A DNA stretch of 61,728 nucleotides, filler included, from Choristocarpus tenellus KU-1152 (GCA_964200185.2; 6 parts of 6 records of this genome joined end to end with filler, not necessarily neighbours in it), one strand, 5' to 3'; positions 1 through 12,079 are shown, counted from the first letter of the whole stretch. A program made the numbers and translations. Notes: generated from the letters alone by a model not told the origin.

Positions 1-307
1 GGGTTCGCACTACTGGTTGGTCATCAAATGGGGGGGGGGGGTGACTAGAAATCAGTGGTGTGGTTACAAGTGGTGGTACAATGATGGGGAAGAAGGGGGA
101 AGTGGGTAGAAAGGAAGCATAGAATAAAAAAAAGAATATAATCCAGAATTCGTGAGCAAAACAAACCAATGAAAAACCATTCACATGTCAGAACTCTCCA
201 TAATATCTTCTTTCTCACTTCTCAACCCTCTACAGCTTTGCACTGGCTCTCTCCTGATAAGTTTTTCGCCACACTCAACCTCGTATAACCTCCAATAAAT
301 CCGAAGG

Positions 308-2713
308 ATGATGCGCGACCAACAAACCTGCGGTGGAAGTCTCTCCATTCCCGGCGCCAGACACAGCTGGGCTGATTCCAGTGGCCTCGGATTTGCTGTT
401 CTTCTGGGAAGTCGCTCGCATACCTCTCGTTGGAGAGTGAGGTCAAGATGGGATATGGTAGTGGGAAAGGTGGACAAAGATGGAATGACGAATGGAAGCA
501 ACAGAAGTCCGACAGGGAAGAAATCTCTAGCAAGGGGACTAGGGGATGGCAGGGTCGCACCTCAGTCTGCTGGGAGTATGTTTGTCCAGCAGATGAAGAG
601 CCAGCGGAGAGGGGACTGGATGGGAGCACTCCGTGCTCTGAAGGAGGTCAAGGAGCGTGGCATTCCTCTCTCTAATCACATTTACAGTGCTTGCATTAAT
701 GTCATGGCGAAGAACAAGAGGTGGAAGGAGGCGGTGTCGTTACTGTATGACATGCGAGTGAATGGGGTCTCCCCTGATGTAGTCACATACACATCGGCAA
801 TCAACGCCTGTCGAAAAGGGGGACAATGGACAATTGCCGTTTCCTTGCTGCAGGATATGCATAATAACGGAGTAACCCCCAATAATTTTTCCTACAGTAC
901 GACCATTGCTGCATGCGGTAGCGCTGGACAATGGCAACGGGCAGTAGATTTATTGGGGGAGATGCCTGTCAAGTCGATTAAACCCAATGTGGCCACCTAC
1001 AACGCCGTCATCACTGCCTGTGGAAATGAGGGACAGTGGGAGCGGGCCCTGTCTTTGATGCAGGAAATGCAAATTGAAGGCATTTCGCCCGATCTCACGA
1101 CCTTCAATGCTGCCATCACAGCATGCGGGATTGGACGGCAATGGGAGCAAGCCTTATCCTTGCTGCTGAAGATGACAGGTGCAGGAGTATCCCCAGATGT
1201 CATCACCTTGAACGCAGCAATCGATGCATGCGGGAAGGGGGGGCAGTGGAAACGGGCCTTGTCATTACTCATGGAGATGCCAAACAAAGAGCTATCCCCG
1301 AATGTCTACACCTACAATTCCGCCATCTCTGCGTGTGGCATTGCAAGCCAGTCAGGACAAGCTGTGGCCTTGTTGAGGGAGATGCCCCGCAGAGGGTTAT
1401 TGCCTGATATCGTCACCTATAATACAGCCATAACCGCTTGTGGCAATGGGGGACGATGGGAACAGGCCGTGTCATTACTGAAGGAGATGGAAGGCAAGAG
1501 GTTGACCCCCAATGTTCACACCTACTTTGCAGCAATTGATGCATGTGGGAAGAGGGGGCAGTGGAAGGAGGCATTATCATTGCTGCGTGGGATGCCACGT
1601 GCAGGAGTATCGCCACATATTATCGCCTACACAGCTGCCATAAAAGCGTGTGGTCTGGGGGGGCAGTGGGAAGAAGCATTGTCCTTACTGGATGAGATGC
1701 AACAGATAGGCATTACGCTTGACGTCATTGCCTATGATGCAGCTGTTGAAGCCTGTGGCAAGTGTGGTCAGTGGGAACAGGCCTTGTCCTTGCTCAGGGA
1801 AATGCCAAGCAAAGGGATCTCCCCTGATATAATCACATACACCAACGCCATCACATCTTGTGGTAATGGAGGGCAGTGGGAGCAGGCAGTGACCTTATTG
1901 GAGGAGATGCCAAGCAAAGGGTTGCCCCCTAGTGTCATCAATTACAATGCTGCCATTGCTGCGTGTGGTGTTGGGGGGCAAGCGGAACGAGCCTTGTCTT
2001 TGCTGAATGGGATGCCAGGAAAAGGTGTTTCCCCTGATACCGTTAGCTACAATACAGCCATCGATGCATGTGGGAAGGGGGGACAGTGGCAATGGGCACT
2101 GTCATTGCTGGAGGAAATGCCAGGCAAAAACGTGTCACCCGATGTTGTAACCTACAACTCTGCAATCAATGCATGTAATAGTGGGGAGAAGTGGGAGCAG
2201 GCAATGGCGTTACTGGAGGAAATGCCAGTGAAGGGTGTGTCTCCAAACGTCCAAACTTACAGCACTGCCATTGCTGCATGTGGAAACGGAGGGCAGTGGG
2301 AATGTGCCCTATCTTTACTTGAGGAAATGCCAAGCAGGGGGTTATCTCCAAACACTGTTAGTTACAATGCTGCTATTCATGCTTGCAGTAAGGTAGGTCA
2401 ATGGGAACGCGCCTTGTCCTTACTTCAGGAGATGCAGGGGAAAGGAGTTTCCTGTGATGACGTCACATACCACACAGCCATCACTGCATGCGGTAATGGA
2501 GGTCAGTGGGCTGAGGCCTTGACCCTCTTGGAGGAGATGCATGGAGGGGAGGTTACTCCAGATGTCCGTAGTTATGGTGCAGCAATAAAGGCATGTGGTG
2601 ATGCAGGACAGTGGGAACATGCGTTGGGCTTGCTGGAGAAGATGCGGGCCTTCAAGATTTCCCCCAATGCTATTATCTACAACTCAATCATAAGGCCACC
2701 TGCAGTGTCATGA
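308..2713 (+). CDS. P-class pentatricopeptide repeat (PPR) protein, 801 aa, single coding exon, 19 contiguous 35-aa repeats
   Basis: Uninterrupted ORF. Repeats such as VVTYNSAINACNSGEKWEQAMALLEEMPVKGVSPN match the PPR consensus, with 105-bp periodicity. A 20th repeat is cut short after AIIYNSII. Start codon uncertain. Confidence 0.95.
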   Translation: MMRDQQTCGGSLSIPGARHSWADSSGLGFAVLLGSRSHTSRWRVRSRWDMVVGKVDKDGMTNGSNRSPTGKKSLARGLGDGRVAPQSAGSMFVQQMKSQRRGDWMGALRALKEVKERGIPLSNHIYSACINVMAKNKRWKEAVSLLYDMRVNGVSPDVVTYTSAINACRKGGQWTIAVSLLQDMHNNGVTPNNFSYSTTIAACGSAGQWQRAVDLLGEMPVKSIKPNVATYNAVITACGNEGQWERALSLMQEMQIEGISPDLTTFNAAITACGIGRQWEQALSLLLKMTGAGVSPDVITLNAAIDACGKGGQWKRALSLLMEMPNKELSPNVYTYNSAISACGIASQSGQAVALLREMPRRGLLPDIVTYNTAITACGNGGRWEQAVSLLKEMEGKRLTPNVHTYFAAIDACGKRGQWKEALSLLRGMPRAGVSPHIIAYTAAIKACGLGGQWEEALSLLDEMQQIGITLDVIAYDAAVEACGKCGQWEQALSLLREMPSKGISPDIITYTNAITSCGNGGQWEQAVTLLEEMPSKGLPPSVINYNAAIAACGVGGQAERALSLLNGMPGKGVSPDTVSYNTAIDACGKGGQWQWALSLLEEMPGKNVSPDVVTYNSAINACNSGEKWEQAMALLEEMPVKGVSPNVQTYSTAIAACGNGGQWECALSLLEEMPSRGLSPNTVSYNAAIHACSKVGQWERALSLLQEMQGKGVSCDDVTYHTAITACGNGGQWAEALTLLEEMHGGEVTPDVRSYGAAIKACGDAGQWEHALGLLEKMRAFKISPNAIIYNSIIRPPAVS

Positions 2714-3249
2714 CCAGGACCAGCTGTGAAGGTGACATGCCTATGATCCTTGATGGAGGGGCCATGGAGCAAGCGAGTTAATGATGGCCATTACGGCATG
2801 TCGTCATCGTGTACCTTTGTTGGAGGCATGCTCTGTTCCAGGTAGGAAGAGTATCTAACTACGCGGGCTTTGCTTCATTGCATTGAGTCAGTCATCTATC
2901 GTTTGCTTCTTTTTTCTTTTTTTTTGGGGGGGGGCATCAACTCTTGTGTTTTTTCCACTCTCTTGTACATCAATGGACGGGTGGAATTTGTTTTTTGTTG
3001 TAAATACATAGATCTCTAGTACATAATAGGTTGAGCGGTGTAGGTAACACTGGTTCAACTTTTCAACCCTTGCCGCTGCTACTGTTACTGCTATGCGTAA
3101 CCAACCATACTCAAAAGAATGGAAGATGCTCACTTGCCCACTGCACTCTACATCAAGGTGTTAGTTTAGATGTTTAGATTATGGTTGCTTTTGGTTGTGT
3201 CAGAGCTGATAGGAGGCAAGGGTCTCCATGTAGCAACCTGAAAATTGCT

Positions 3250-3550
3250 TGTAAAGAGGGTCATTCATGCTGGTTTGTGTGGGCTTGTCTTGTGTAAAGG
3301 TCACTGTAGCTTTAAGAGATTACCTGCTGTATGGGCTGTAGCGCAAATTGCAAGTCTTGAGATGGCAACATGTCGTCGGCATATCCCTGATCGTTGATTG
3401 ACTTGTCAGAGTTTCTTTTCTGTGTCGTGACCCAACCTTTCTCCTCGTTCTGGATGTCCATGATTTCTGGAGGATCTACATTTGTTGCGCATGTCTGAAA
3501 CATATTTTTCTTATGGGAAAAGCTATGTTCTTTTCTTCCCAATATTTATT
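3250..3550 (-). mobile_element. Degenerate non-LTR (LINE) reverse transcriptase remnant
   Basis: Minus ORF 3312-3542 contains SINDQGYADDML, resembling the LINE RT YADD motif. Surrounding frames are broken and boundaries are approximate. Confidence 0.4.
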
Positions 3551-6445
3551 TGTCGAGACCTTGGGTGAAGCTCGTTTTTACCAGATTTCAAGGAATTTAA
3601 AGATAAGTGTTCATTTACAAGACACCTTTTGTTCAATGTTGCGCCTCATATATCTTCGGTACCTAAAAAAAATAGAATCTGAACTGTCACAGAAACATGT
3701 ATCAGGAATTACTAACTGCACCGCCATGAAAATTCTTTCCTGTGGCATTGCCTGTGCAGCTTTTTGACTTGAAGGACAGCCTAGGTAGGGGGTAGGGTGT
3801 TGTGGGGTGTTTTGGTTACGAGAGCTGACTTGGCAGGGTATTTAAATGAGATACTGCATGCATTTGGAAATAGTGATAATCTCTGAGGATTCGACTCTAC
3901 TGTTGAAGCAAGATTGCATCCAATAGTGCCAGGAAGCATTCTTGGCCTTGGTGACTCTTGTTGATACCTTCTTGTTATTCCTTTCTGGTTTGCATGTCAC
4001 AGTCCAGTAGGGTCTGTCTCAGTGCCTAGGATGCGCGTACACAGGTAAAAAGTCTTGTGGGTTGTACCTACTATTATAACCATCCATGTTATAGGATCAA
4101 TCTCTCGTGTTATCCTCTCCATCCTCACAGTGGCCATGCTCTGTAGATGCATAATATACTGCACTACCGCATCATAGTGTTGAGGATCTGATCTTCTTGA
4201 TTTCCTTTTGATGGTGGTTTGTGTGGAAGTGTTACAATGTTACTGTGGAAGTTTCCTCCTGTAGTGTTGGGGACTCAGGATATACGCGAGCGTCTTTCAT
4301 TTCCATGCTCACAAGTTCAAATTGCAAACAAGGATAGCGCTTGACCACTGAACGTAGTCTTATTCTACTCTTACCTACACTCCGTCATAATCGTATGCAC
4401 ACATGATTTGCGCTGACTGATGTTATGAAGGTGCTTGTGTTTCCTTTGCAAGGACCACCGTACTGGTGTGTCAAAAAGTAGTATGCTTTAATTTCTCTAG
4501 TATAAATAGCCTCACACAGCCTTTCCTGTATGATACACTACAGTTTGCCCATGCCTCAGCAACCTCCTAGTTGGAACACTTTTTTTAGCAGTCACAAGCG
4601 ATTCACCACACATATATCTGGGATCCTTTTGTGGACCTCAGATGGAGTGACCACCCATTGTCCCAGAAGATTCACCGAGTTTGCGGCATGCAACCCTAAT
4701 GGAGAGATACACAAACTCCCCAACTGATGTCATCTACCTTTTTTGAGGAAATGCGCACCCCTCTAGTTACTCTTAATCCTCGGTTCATCTGTATGAACTG
4801 CGGCAGTCAGTGATAGCAAGGATAAATGATAAGGACCTGGGATGGGTATGGATAATGCAGGATAAGACATCCTGTTCGCTAAGTGTGGAATATAGGTGTT
4901 TCAATCGGTATCAATTTTCGTCAATATGTCAATTAAAGTACAGAACCTACCACCAACAAATATTTGTACTTAATCCGAATGGTATCGAAAAAGAAACTTG
5001 TGTCTAGCTTCCACTACCAAGTGTGTGCAATTATCCTCTACTTCTATAATATCGCTTCTGTCCTTTGGTAGTGTACCTACATCAGTTGGATATTTCTGTC
5101 TTAGGATTATCTTATACCCATCCAATCCAGACAAACACATGCATTTGTCTATAGGCATCCTCATATCTCAGTGGGAGTAGCATCCATCGGAGGAATGACA
5201 TTTTGGAGTATTCTTTCAGCAAATCTTATTTTAATGTAGACCGTCTGGCAAGCACAACCTGTACCCTCCAGCCTGTCTCTAAATCTTGAAGTAGAACACA
5301 GTACCCTGAATTAGTTGTGGTGCTAGCTGGCATGGCTTCAACATCAATGCAGCCAGGTAAGTACTCCAGAAGTTTTGAAGGAGAACGTGGAGTGACGAGT
5401 GGTGAGTTGGACGGACTCAATGCACGAGAAAATGCAAACCTACACAGCGCAGTGCAATTAGTTTCAATGTAACAGTAGTTATTGTGGATAGCCTAGTGTG
5501 CAGTATCTCTGGCTGACCATGACTGGTCGGAGCTAATGGGTTGTGCTTTTTCGGTTAAAAGTGAGCAAGAAGTACCCAGGGTGGCATTCTAAGGATGCTG
5601 ACAAATGTGCAAAATCCAGGATTTTATGCAAACACGTATAGAGACTTTTCTTAATTCTGTAGGAGATTATTAAACAATGGAGAAATTAACGCTCTCAAGT
5701 CAATTTTTGCATTTCATCAATAGAAGTAAAAGGAAATGAAAAATATTAGTAAATGTGGTTTAGAATTCAAAACGACCACAACCTGAGTGCCTCTCGTTCA
5801 CTTTGGAGCCAAATTAATGCTGTTAGGCAGGTTTGAACCCTTTCTGCATTCTAAGCCATATTTCTTACCCTGTGCAAGACACTCTATTTCAATACCATTT
5901 TCTCCACGATAGTGTACGCAAAGTTGATGTTCTCTCCTTTCCACACAAAAATTGACACCACAATTAAGGGGTGTTATTTCTGCAATCGTTCAGGATGACG
6001 TCTTTCCTCCTTTCTCGGGATCCTTAACGATTGCACCTTGTCTACCTCTCAATTTGTTTGGGTCTTGAGTCCCTGGCATGAGGTAAGTTTGTGGGGTTAG
6101 TGCATTGAAGAAACGCCTTCCCCATTAATGTTGAAAAGAGGAGAAACAACCCATGAGGGTAACGATGAGCACCCACGTGAAAACAACACTATTTCATTTC
6201 CAGAGACCTCTAACCTTGATCATCCCTACTGCCATGCCAAAGTTGATTCTGACTCCAGTTATACATGCAAAAAAAAGTGTAGGTGTTGTGGTCGTCTCAA
6301 ATCTAGTCTGACGACTAGCCCACCCAGTGATCACAGGCACACTCTCCCCTATTTTTCGTAAGCTACAAAATGAACTGCCTTTGCTCCATTACTAACTGCA
6401 GTATCAGATGCATGACTTGCTTCTTGTGTCATGGGTTCAGTTGCC

Positions 6446-6703
6446 AAGCCATACAATCTCTGAGGAGACGATTTTCCCACCTTTTGTCCGTTCGGGGCTT
6501 GAAATACTTTGGCGACCCACCCTTTTTTCAGTTTTCTGTGTGAACACAGCTACCTAAAATGTACACGACTATGAATGGTGTGTCTGGAGCAAGGATATTG
6601 ATACTTGCTAACAAACACAATAGCCAAAATTTTCATCAAAATCGTAACATTGGATTTTGGACTCGGAATGGATGAGGCCCTAACCTTTAAAATGTTTTGG
6701 CTC
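6446..6703. mobile_element. Diverged copy of the ~258-bp fold-back MITE family
   Basis: Aligns by eye to 41132-41390 (ttttgtccgttcggggctt; ggtgtgtctggagcaaggatattgatac; aatagccaaaa; aacattggatttt; ends ttttggctc). Confidence 0.7.
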
Positions 6704-7309
6704 TCTCACACACCTCAGGTTGGTGAACTGCCACCCGACTCATTGAACCTTTGTGCTATGAGAGAGCTGAAAGATATCAAATGTTTCGTCGCTTTCTTGC
6801 CCCGAAAAAATGCCCCCGTACCAAAAAAAAATGGTTGCAAGAAGTAAGGACGAACAGGGAACTCTCACAAAAGAAATTATCTTAAAACCATTTGATCTGT
6901 CAGTTTCCAAACTTAGTAGAACTGCATCAGCTCTTCTTGTAAGGACTGGATGAATGTGGGGTTGTTGTCAGTGGTGTATCACTCAACTCATTCAATCCTA
7001 CCTTTCATTAAATTCATAGTGGTGTAATCACTCGACTGTTATTTAATGATACTGATAAAAGTGATGTCATTACCAAACTATTAGTACTTATTTATGCCCC
7101 ATCATCAACAGCTTTGCCTAATGGTCCTTCACTCAGGTAATCGTCAATGGTGTGTCATTAGATTATTCTTCACTCACGGAAAACTTTCTTCAGTGTTTAG
7201 TCATGTAATTTACCTCTTCAATGGTTAGGCATTGGACTACCTCATCAATGGTCAGGCATTGAATATCGCTCTCATCATTTGCTTAACTCAAAGGTGTTCG
7301 CACTAGAAA

Positions 7310-8230
7310 CATTAATCAACACCTGTCAGTGTCTTTCGAAAGCTGGTTTGGGCAAGTGTTTAGTGAGGCTGTCAGTATACTGATTTTCACCTGCAACATG
7401 TTGGATGTCAATATCCTGCTACTGAACTAAGTCTCCCATGTAGGCTGGTCTTATGCAAATAATTTTCGTTCTGGCTCTGTAAGATCCATGATTAGCCAAC
7501 TGTATGGCACTCCTGTTATCTACCACTATAGTTACTGAGTTATTGACAGAGTTAGCAATTTCATGTAAGAAAGTCCTCCAGTAATAAGACTCTTGCGCTG
7601 CAGCACATAGTGAAATTACGTCTGCTTCGATATATGAGGTGGCTACAATATTCAGTTTCTTAGACTTCCAGAATAGAGCGGCATTTCCAAGTGGGGACAT
7701 GTAACCACTTGCAGATCTCAAGTTCATATTATTAGCGAAAGCTACATCAGAAAATCCGACCATTTTCAACTCACTTCTTTCGTACGTTAGGGATAAGTCA
7801 GTTGTTCCTTAAAGATATCCCAAGGGTCTTTTTGCAGCAGCAACATATCGGTTTATAGGTTCACTCATCATGGAAAGAGATAATTGTAAAATGGTGAATC
7901 TCAAATCCGGTCTAGTGCAAGTTTGTAGATATTGTAATGACCCTGTGGTCTCTTGGTGACGTTTAATTCCAGCTCTACCTTATTACTATTTAGACTACTT
8001 TTGTCTCTTGGGTGATTATTGTCTTCAGGTGTTTTGATACTGTTACACACATCCATGCCATATATAGAGATAAGATTGTGTTAGCATAGTTCTGTTGAGA
8101 AAACGTCATTTTTCCTGTAGCATCATCATACAATTACTTGTATGCCCAATGTCAACTTGACTCTACCAAGATCTTTCATTACAAACTATTTTCCATCTCT
8201 CTCCTCCACTTCATCCCTATCTGATGACTC
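7310..8230 (-). mobile_element. Ty1/Copia pol remnant (RT C-terminus and RNase H)
   Basis: Minus-strand translation gives VMKDLGRVKLTLGIQV, TRPDLRF, GFSDVAFAN, WKSKK, VDNRSAIQLA and YTDSLTKHLPKPAF in Copia order, with stops and frameshifts. Confidence 0.9.
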
Positions 8231-8232
8231 TT

Positions 8233-8830
8233 CCTGTAGCGACCGAAGTGAGGACAGTTTTGTACTAGGCGAGAGATAAATCCTTGACAACAAATGAGAC
8301 AGTTTGACTAATGATCCTCCCCTTGGTGAACGGAGTGTAGGTGAGATTGTCAAGGATCTGGCTGTTGACCTTCCCCTGGTGATGGGGAGGGAGGTCAGGT
8401 TGACATGAGTCTGTCCAGAGACACTACCCGAGACAGTGAAGGGAGTTTAGGATATGTCTCATCCTTGAGTTCACAGCACTTACCTCAGTCAGGTGCTGAC
8501 CCAACGGCTGCCCATACTGCAGATCGCCAGCTGGAAGACTTTCTTCCCAATTCAGTCCGCGAACCTTGTGTTAAGTTGGGTAGGACTAGACAGGAAAAAC
8601 GCGTGCCAGAGTTAAAGGGAGTGCAGGTGTTGGTGATGTGATGTCTCTCTCATTGCTAGTGTAGAGAGGAAACATGTTACTTATGCCCTGGCTCTACAGC
8701 CCACACCCGAGTCTGTGGTGATGTGTGTACCCCCCTTCATGGTCATCTTGTTTCTGAGTTGGCACCAGTCCCACAGTCTTATGCTGAGGCTCGAGAGTCC
8801 GAATACTGGTCAGCATGGGAAGAGGATAAT
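8233..8830 (+). mobile_element. Second Copia fragment (integrase-RT linker), opposite orientation
   Basis: PVPQSYAEARESEYWSAWEE at ~8765-8825 matches the Copia pre-RT motif (P.sY.EA......W..Am.eE). Left boundary approximate. Confidence 0.6.
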
Positions 8831-8999
8831 GTGCAATATAGGCTGGTAGTCTATACGGTTTATAGGTGTTTAGTGACCACTGCTAGACAACAGGAATGTT
8901 GACTAAGTGGAACAAGTGTCATTGATTTTTTTTCGTGTGCTTAGAGTAATAAGTTCGAATATCATATTAGTGATTTCTTATTACTTGATATAAATGGAC

Positions 9000-9773
9000 T
9001 GGTGGAGGATTACTGACATAGTACTAGCCAGCTAGCTAGCTACACAGGATAAGTGACATAGTACGATGTAACGGCAGGACACGTTTTGATGTGTCAGCTG
9101 ATGTGTCAGCTCACATATGCAATAATCAGTAGGATGATAAGAGAGAGCACCCCCCCCACCACCGAGGGCTGTGCTCACTCCGCTAATAAACAAATCCATA
9201 CCACATAAAGCAAAATACTCTGAGTAGCTCTCTTTTTGCGAAGGTTATGAGCTTTACACGATTCCCTTTCGCAAGGGAATAGGGTATAAACCTCATTGGT
9301 ATGTAAGCGGACTCCCGTATGCTGCTGATATGAAGTGGAGCGCGGGGGCATACACGGGAGAAGTTGGCAGAATGGCGGATGGCGCTGGTGAGCTATGCGG
9401 GCGGCAAGAAACTGTACTGCATCCTGCAATCAGCATACCACATTCCTGCACCTCCCACAGCTGATACATCATTCGAGGAACGCTGCACGTACGATAAATA
9501 CGTCAGGCATCGCGAAACCTTGTGGTTCCTGCTGGGACAGGTCACGAGGGGTGCTGCAGCTATGATGGTCAGCTCGTATGGTCAACACGTACAAGAGGAG
9601 GCAGCCCCGGCAGGAGGGCAGCCTGTCTCGAATTAGAGCAGATCTATTGGGGGGCACGCTGTGAGTCAGCGGCCCATAACAGCCTCTCGGCAAAATCGAG
9701 GGTGGAGCATTTCATGGAGGATGAGTTTGACCCAAAGTGGTGCACGGAAAGTGCCCGTAAGTTTTTTTTGTAA
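9000..9773 (+). mobile_element. Copia 5' end: candidate LTR, half-tRNA(iMet) primer binding site and gag remnant
   Basis: GGTTATGAGC at 9243-9252 is followed by a gag-like ORF (EWRMALVSYAGGKKLYCIL...LWFLLGQVTRGAAAMMV). LTR ends are not clearly TG..CA. Confidence 0.65.
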
Positions 9774-9957
9774 ATGTTGCGGCACTTTTTAAAGGCCCCT
9801 TTTTGAATGGGATATATTATTGTTGAAAAAGATTTCAGTGCTTGTTGTGGAGGGCACCGCTACGATTTGGAAGCGACCTCAACCAAGCCAAAGGTGTAAG
9901 GACAGACGGGCTCCCCTGGGGGGAGCCCGTAACGGTTTTGGTAGATCGGAAGGAGCG

Positions 9958-10057
9958 NNNNNNNNNNNNNNNNNNNNNNNNNNNNNNNNNNNNNNNNNNN
10001 NTTAATTAATTAANNNNNNNNNNNNNNNNNNNNNNNNNNNNNNNNNNNNNNNNNNNN
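9958..10057. other. Artificial contig linker N44-TTAATTAATTAA-N44
   Basis: Identical 100-bp linker occurs five times. The 12-mer puts a stop in all six frames. Confidence 0.97.
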
Positions 10058-12079
10058 CCTTCCTTCCTTTCTACCAGGATCGAACGACCCACTAATCGAT
10101 CTTTCCGGCGCACCTCGCCCCCCCCCCCATGATACTTCAAGCCTAAGGCTCTTTTCTGCGATTGTACAAAATAATTAATTTTCATCCTTTCTCAGGATCC
10201 TTGATATGCCACCCTGCATACCTCTCAGTTCATTTGACTCTCTACAAAAGGGCCTGACAGAGACTCTTGGGATGCGACTTCGCTAAACTTCATCTACCTT
10301 CATAGGGTTAGGTTAGGTAGCTTAAAAGCATACCTAGTGTGTAAACATGAATTGCGGTATTCAAACACCTTATTAAGTCGACATAGTTGTATTGATTAGT
10401 TTCAAGTAGTACATATTTCATGGAGATATCTTACCACTGATAATTAATACTCTTGTATTTTCGTGTTCACAGTAGTAGTAGTAGTACTAGCAGTAGTTTT
10501 TGTAACATTTTTTGGGGAGTTTTTTTCTGACATGTGTGGAAAATATCAGAGGGTATAATAATATAATAATATAATAAAACAATGCACAAGGGTTCTTTTG
10601 ACGCTAGTAGTCTTAACACCAATACCTTCACGGGGGAAAGTTTTGGGCGCCTCAGCAAGCAAGCAGAATGTTTTTAGATGAGTTGGCTTCACATGCAGAG
10701 GGGGGGAGAGGGGAGGAAAGTTATAGGAGGAATTGAGATTACAATTCCTGCTTACTATAGATAGTATCCGTCACTAAACAAGTGGTTCTCTCCAGATATG
10801 CCATGTATTTCAACCTTGAGAGACCAGGCAGATGGGCAAGAAGGGGTCTGTCAGATTCTTGGGATGCTTCCCTAGCTCCTCACTCACTTGTGTAGGGCTA
10901 AGCTAGGTTAGAGGCATAGCAGCAATGTACACATGGCATTGTATTTACCAACCTTTAAAAGAGTGCTGTAGTATGCCTGACATTCAAAAAGTACGCAAGT
11001 CTTTCCAGAGGTATCTTTCACATTTTTGACAAGTACCCTCGCTTTTATAGGGGAAATTGTCATAGTGGTTTTTACTTTTTGATACGTCTCTAAAATGTAA
11101 AGGATGTCGTGAGGCAGGGTCCAATCAGTCGTGGGGGGTATTGAGAATCACCAGTTGTGTCAAAGTGGGGTGCTTCCAGCAAACCCAAAGCTCTCTCAGT
11201 CATCAAATCTTAGGAGAAGTTAGACGAGAATCCCAGACCCACCAGATGACATCACATCTTGGTGATCGTCAACGGTAAGAGGTCTGAGAATTTTCAACAG
11301 TTCTCTGTGTTTGATGTTGTTTGGTGGTGGTGGGAACATGAACAACGACAAAGAAATGTGCACACAATGCACTTGTGTGTGCATGCGGATGTGTATCTGG
11401 ATTGAGATCAGCTCCCAAAGGGACCTTGCCCATCACATCATCCCCCTCCCCAGTGTGAACTTTGTCTACACACGAAAAAAAAAAAAATGTCCGGTCAGCA
11501 CATCATGGCAGACAGTCCCGTGGGAGAAAAGAAAAATAATCATTTGGGTATCCCAAGAATGTTCAATGAGCCAATTTGGAGGAGTTCCTTGAAAAGTTGT
11601 CCTCAACAGGGTTGGAACCCCAAAGTTGGGGATGGGAAACATCTTATTGTACCTTTAATCACTCAAGGGTTATGAAGATAACATCTCAGGAATTTTGGTA
11701 CCAAAGGGCTTGGGTCATTGTGTTAATCAAGCCACAATGCCTCAGCTAGTATAATTGTGAACGGAAAAACATCGTTCCCTATTCTTGGTTGCGGGTTGAG
11801 CTAGGTCACAACAGATATCTCAAGAGGAACTGCACTGAGCCAAAGAGTTTCTTAAGGAATTGGATCAGTGATTACCCTTGTGGGTGGATCATTACTTTGA
11901 ATTATTATCTTGCGTCCCTGAAAGCAAAAGATTAAATATTCTGTGCTTGTCAGGAAAAGATTCTCCACTTCTATTCTGAGGAATCTTTATACTGTCTAAT
12001 CCTTTTGATTTGAACGTGAAAACTTGATTTCTCATCTTCAAGAAGTGTTGTTAATAACCCTTATATCCGGAGTTCTGGA

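Noticed and set aside
10002-10013. Recurrent TTAATTAATTAA palindrome as a biological site
   Set aside because: Always centred within 44+44 Ns, so it is an assembly linker.
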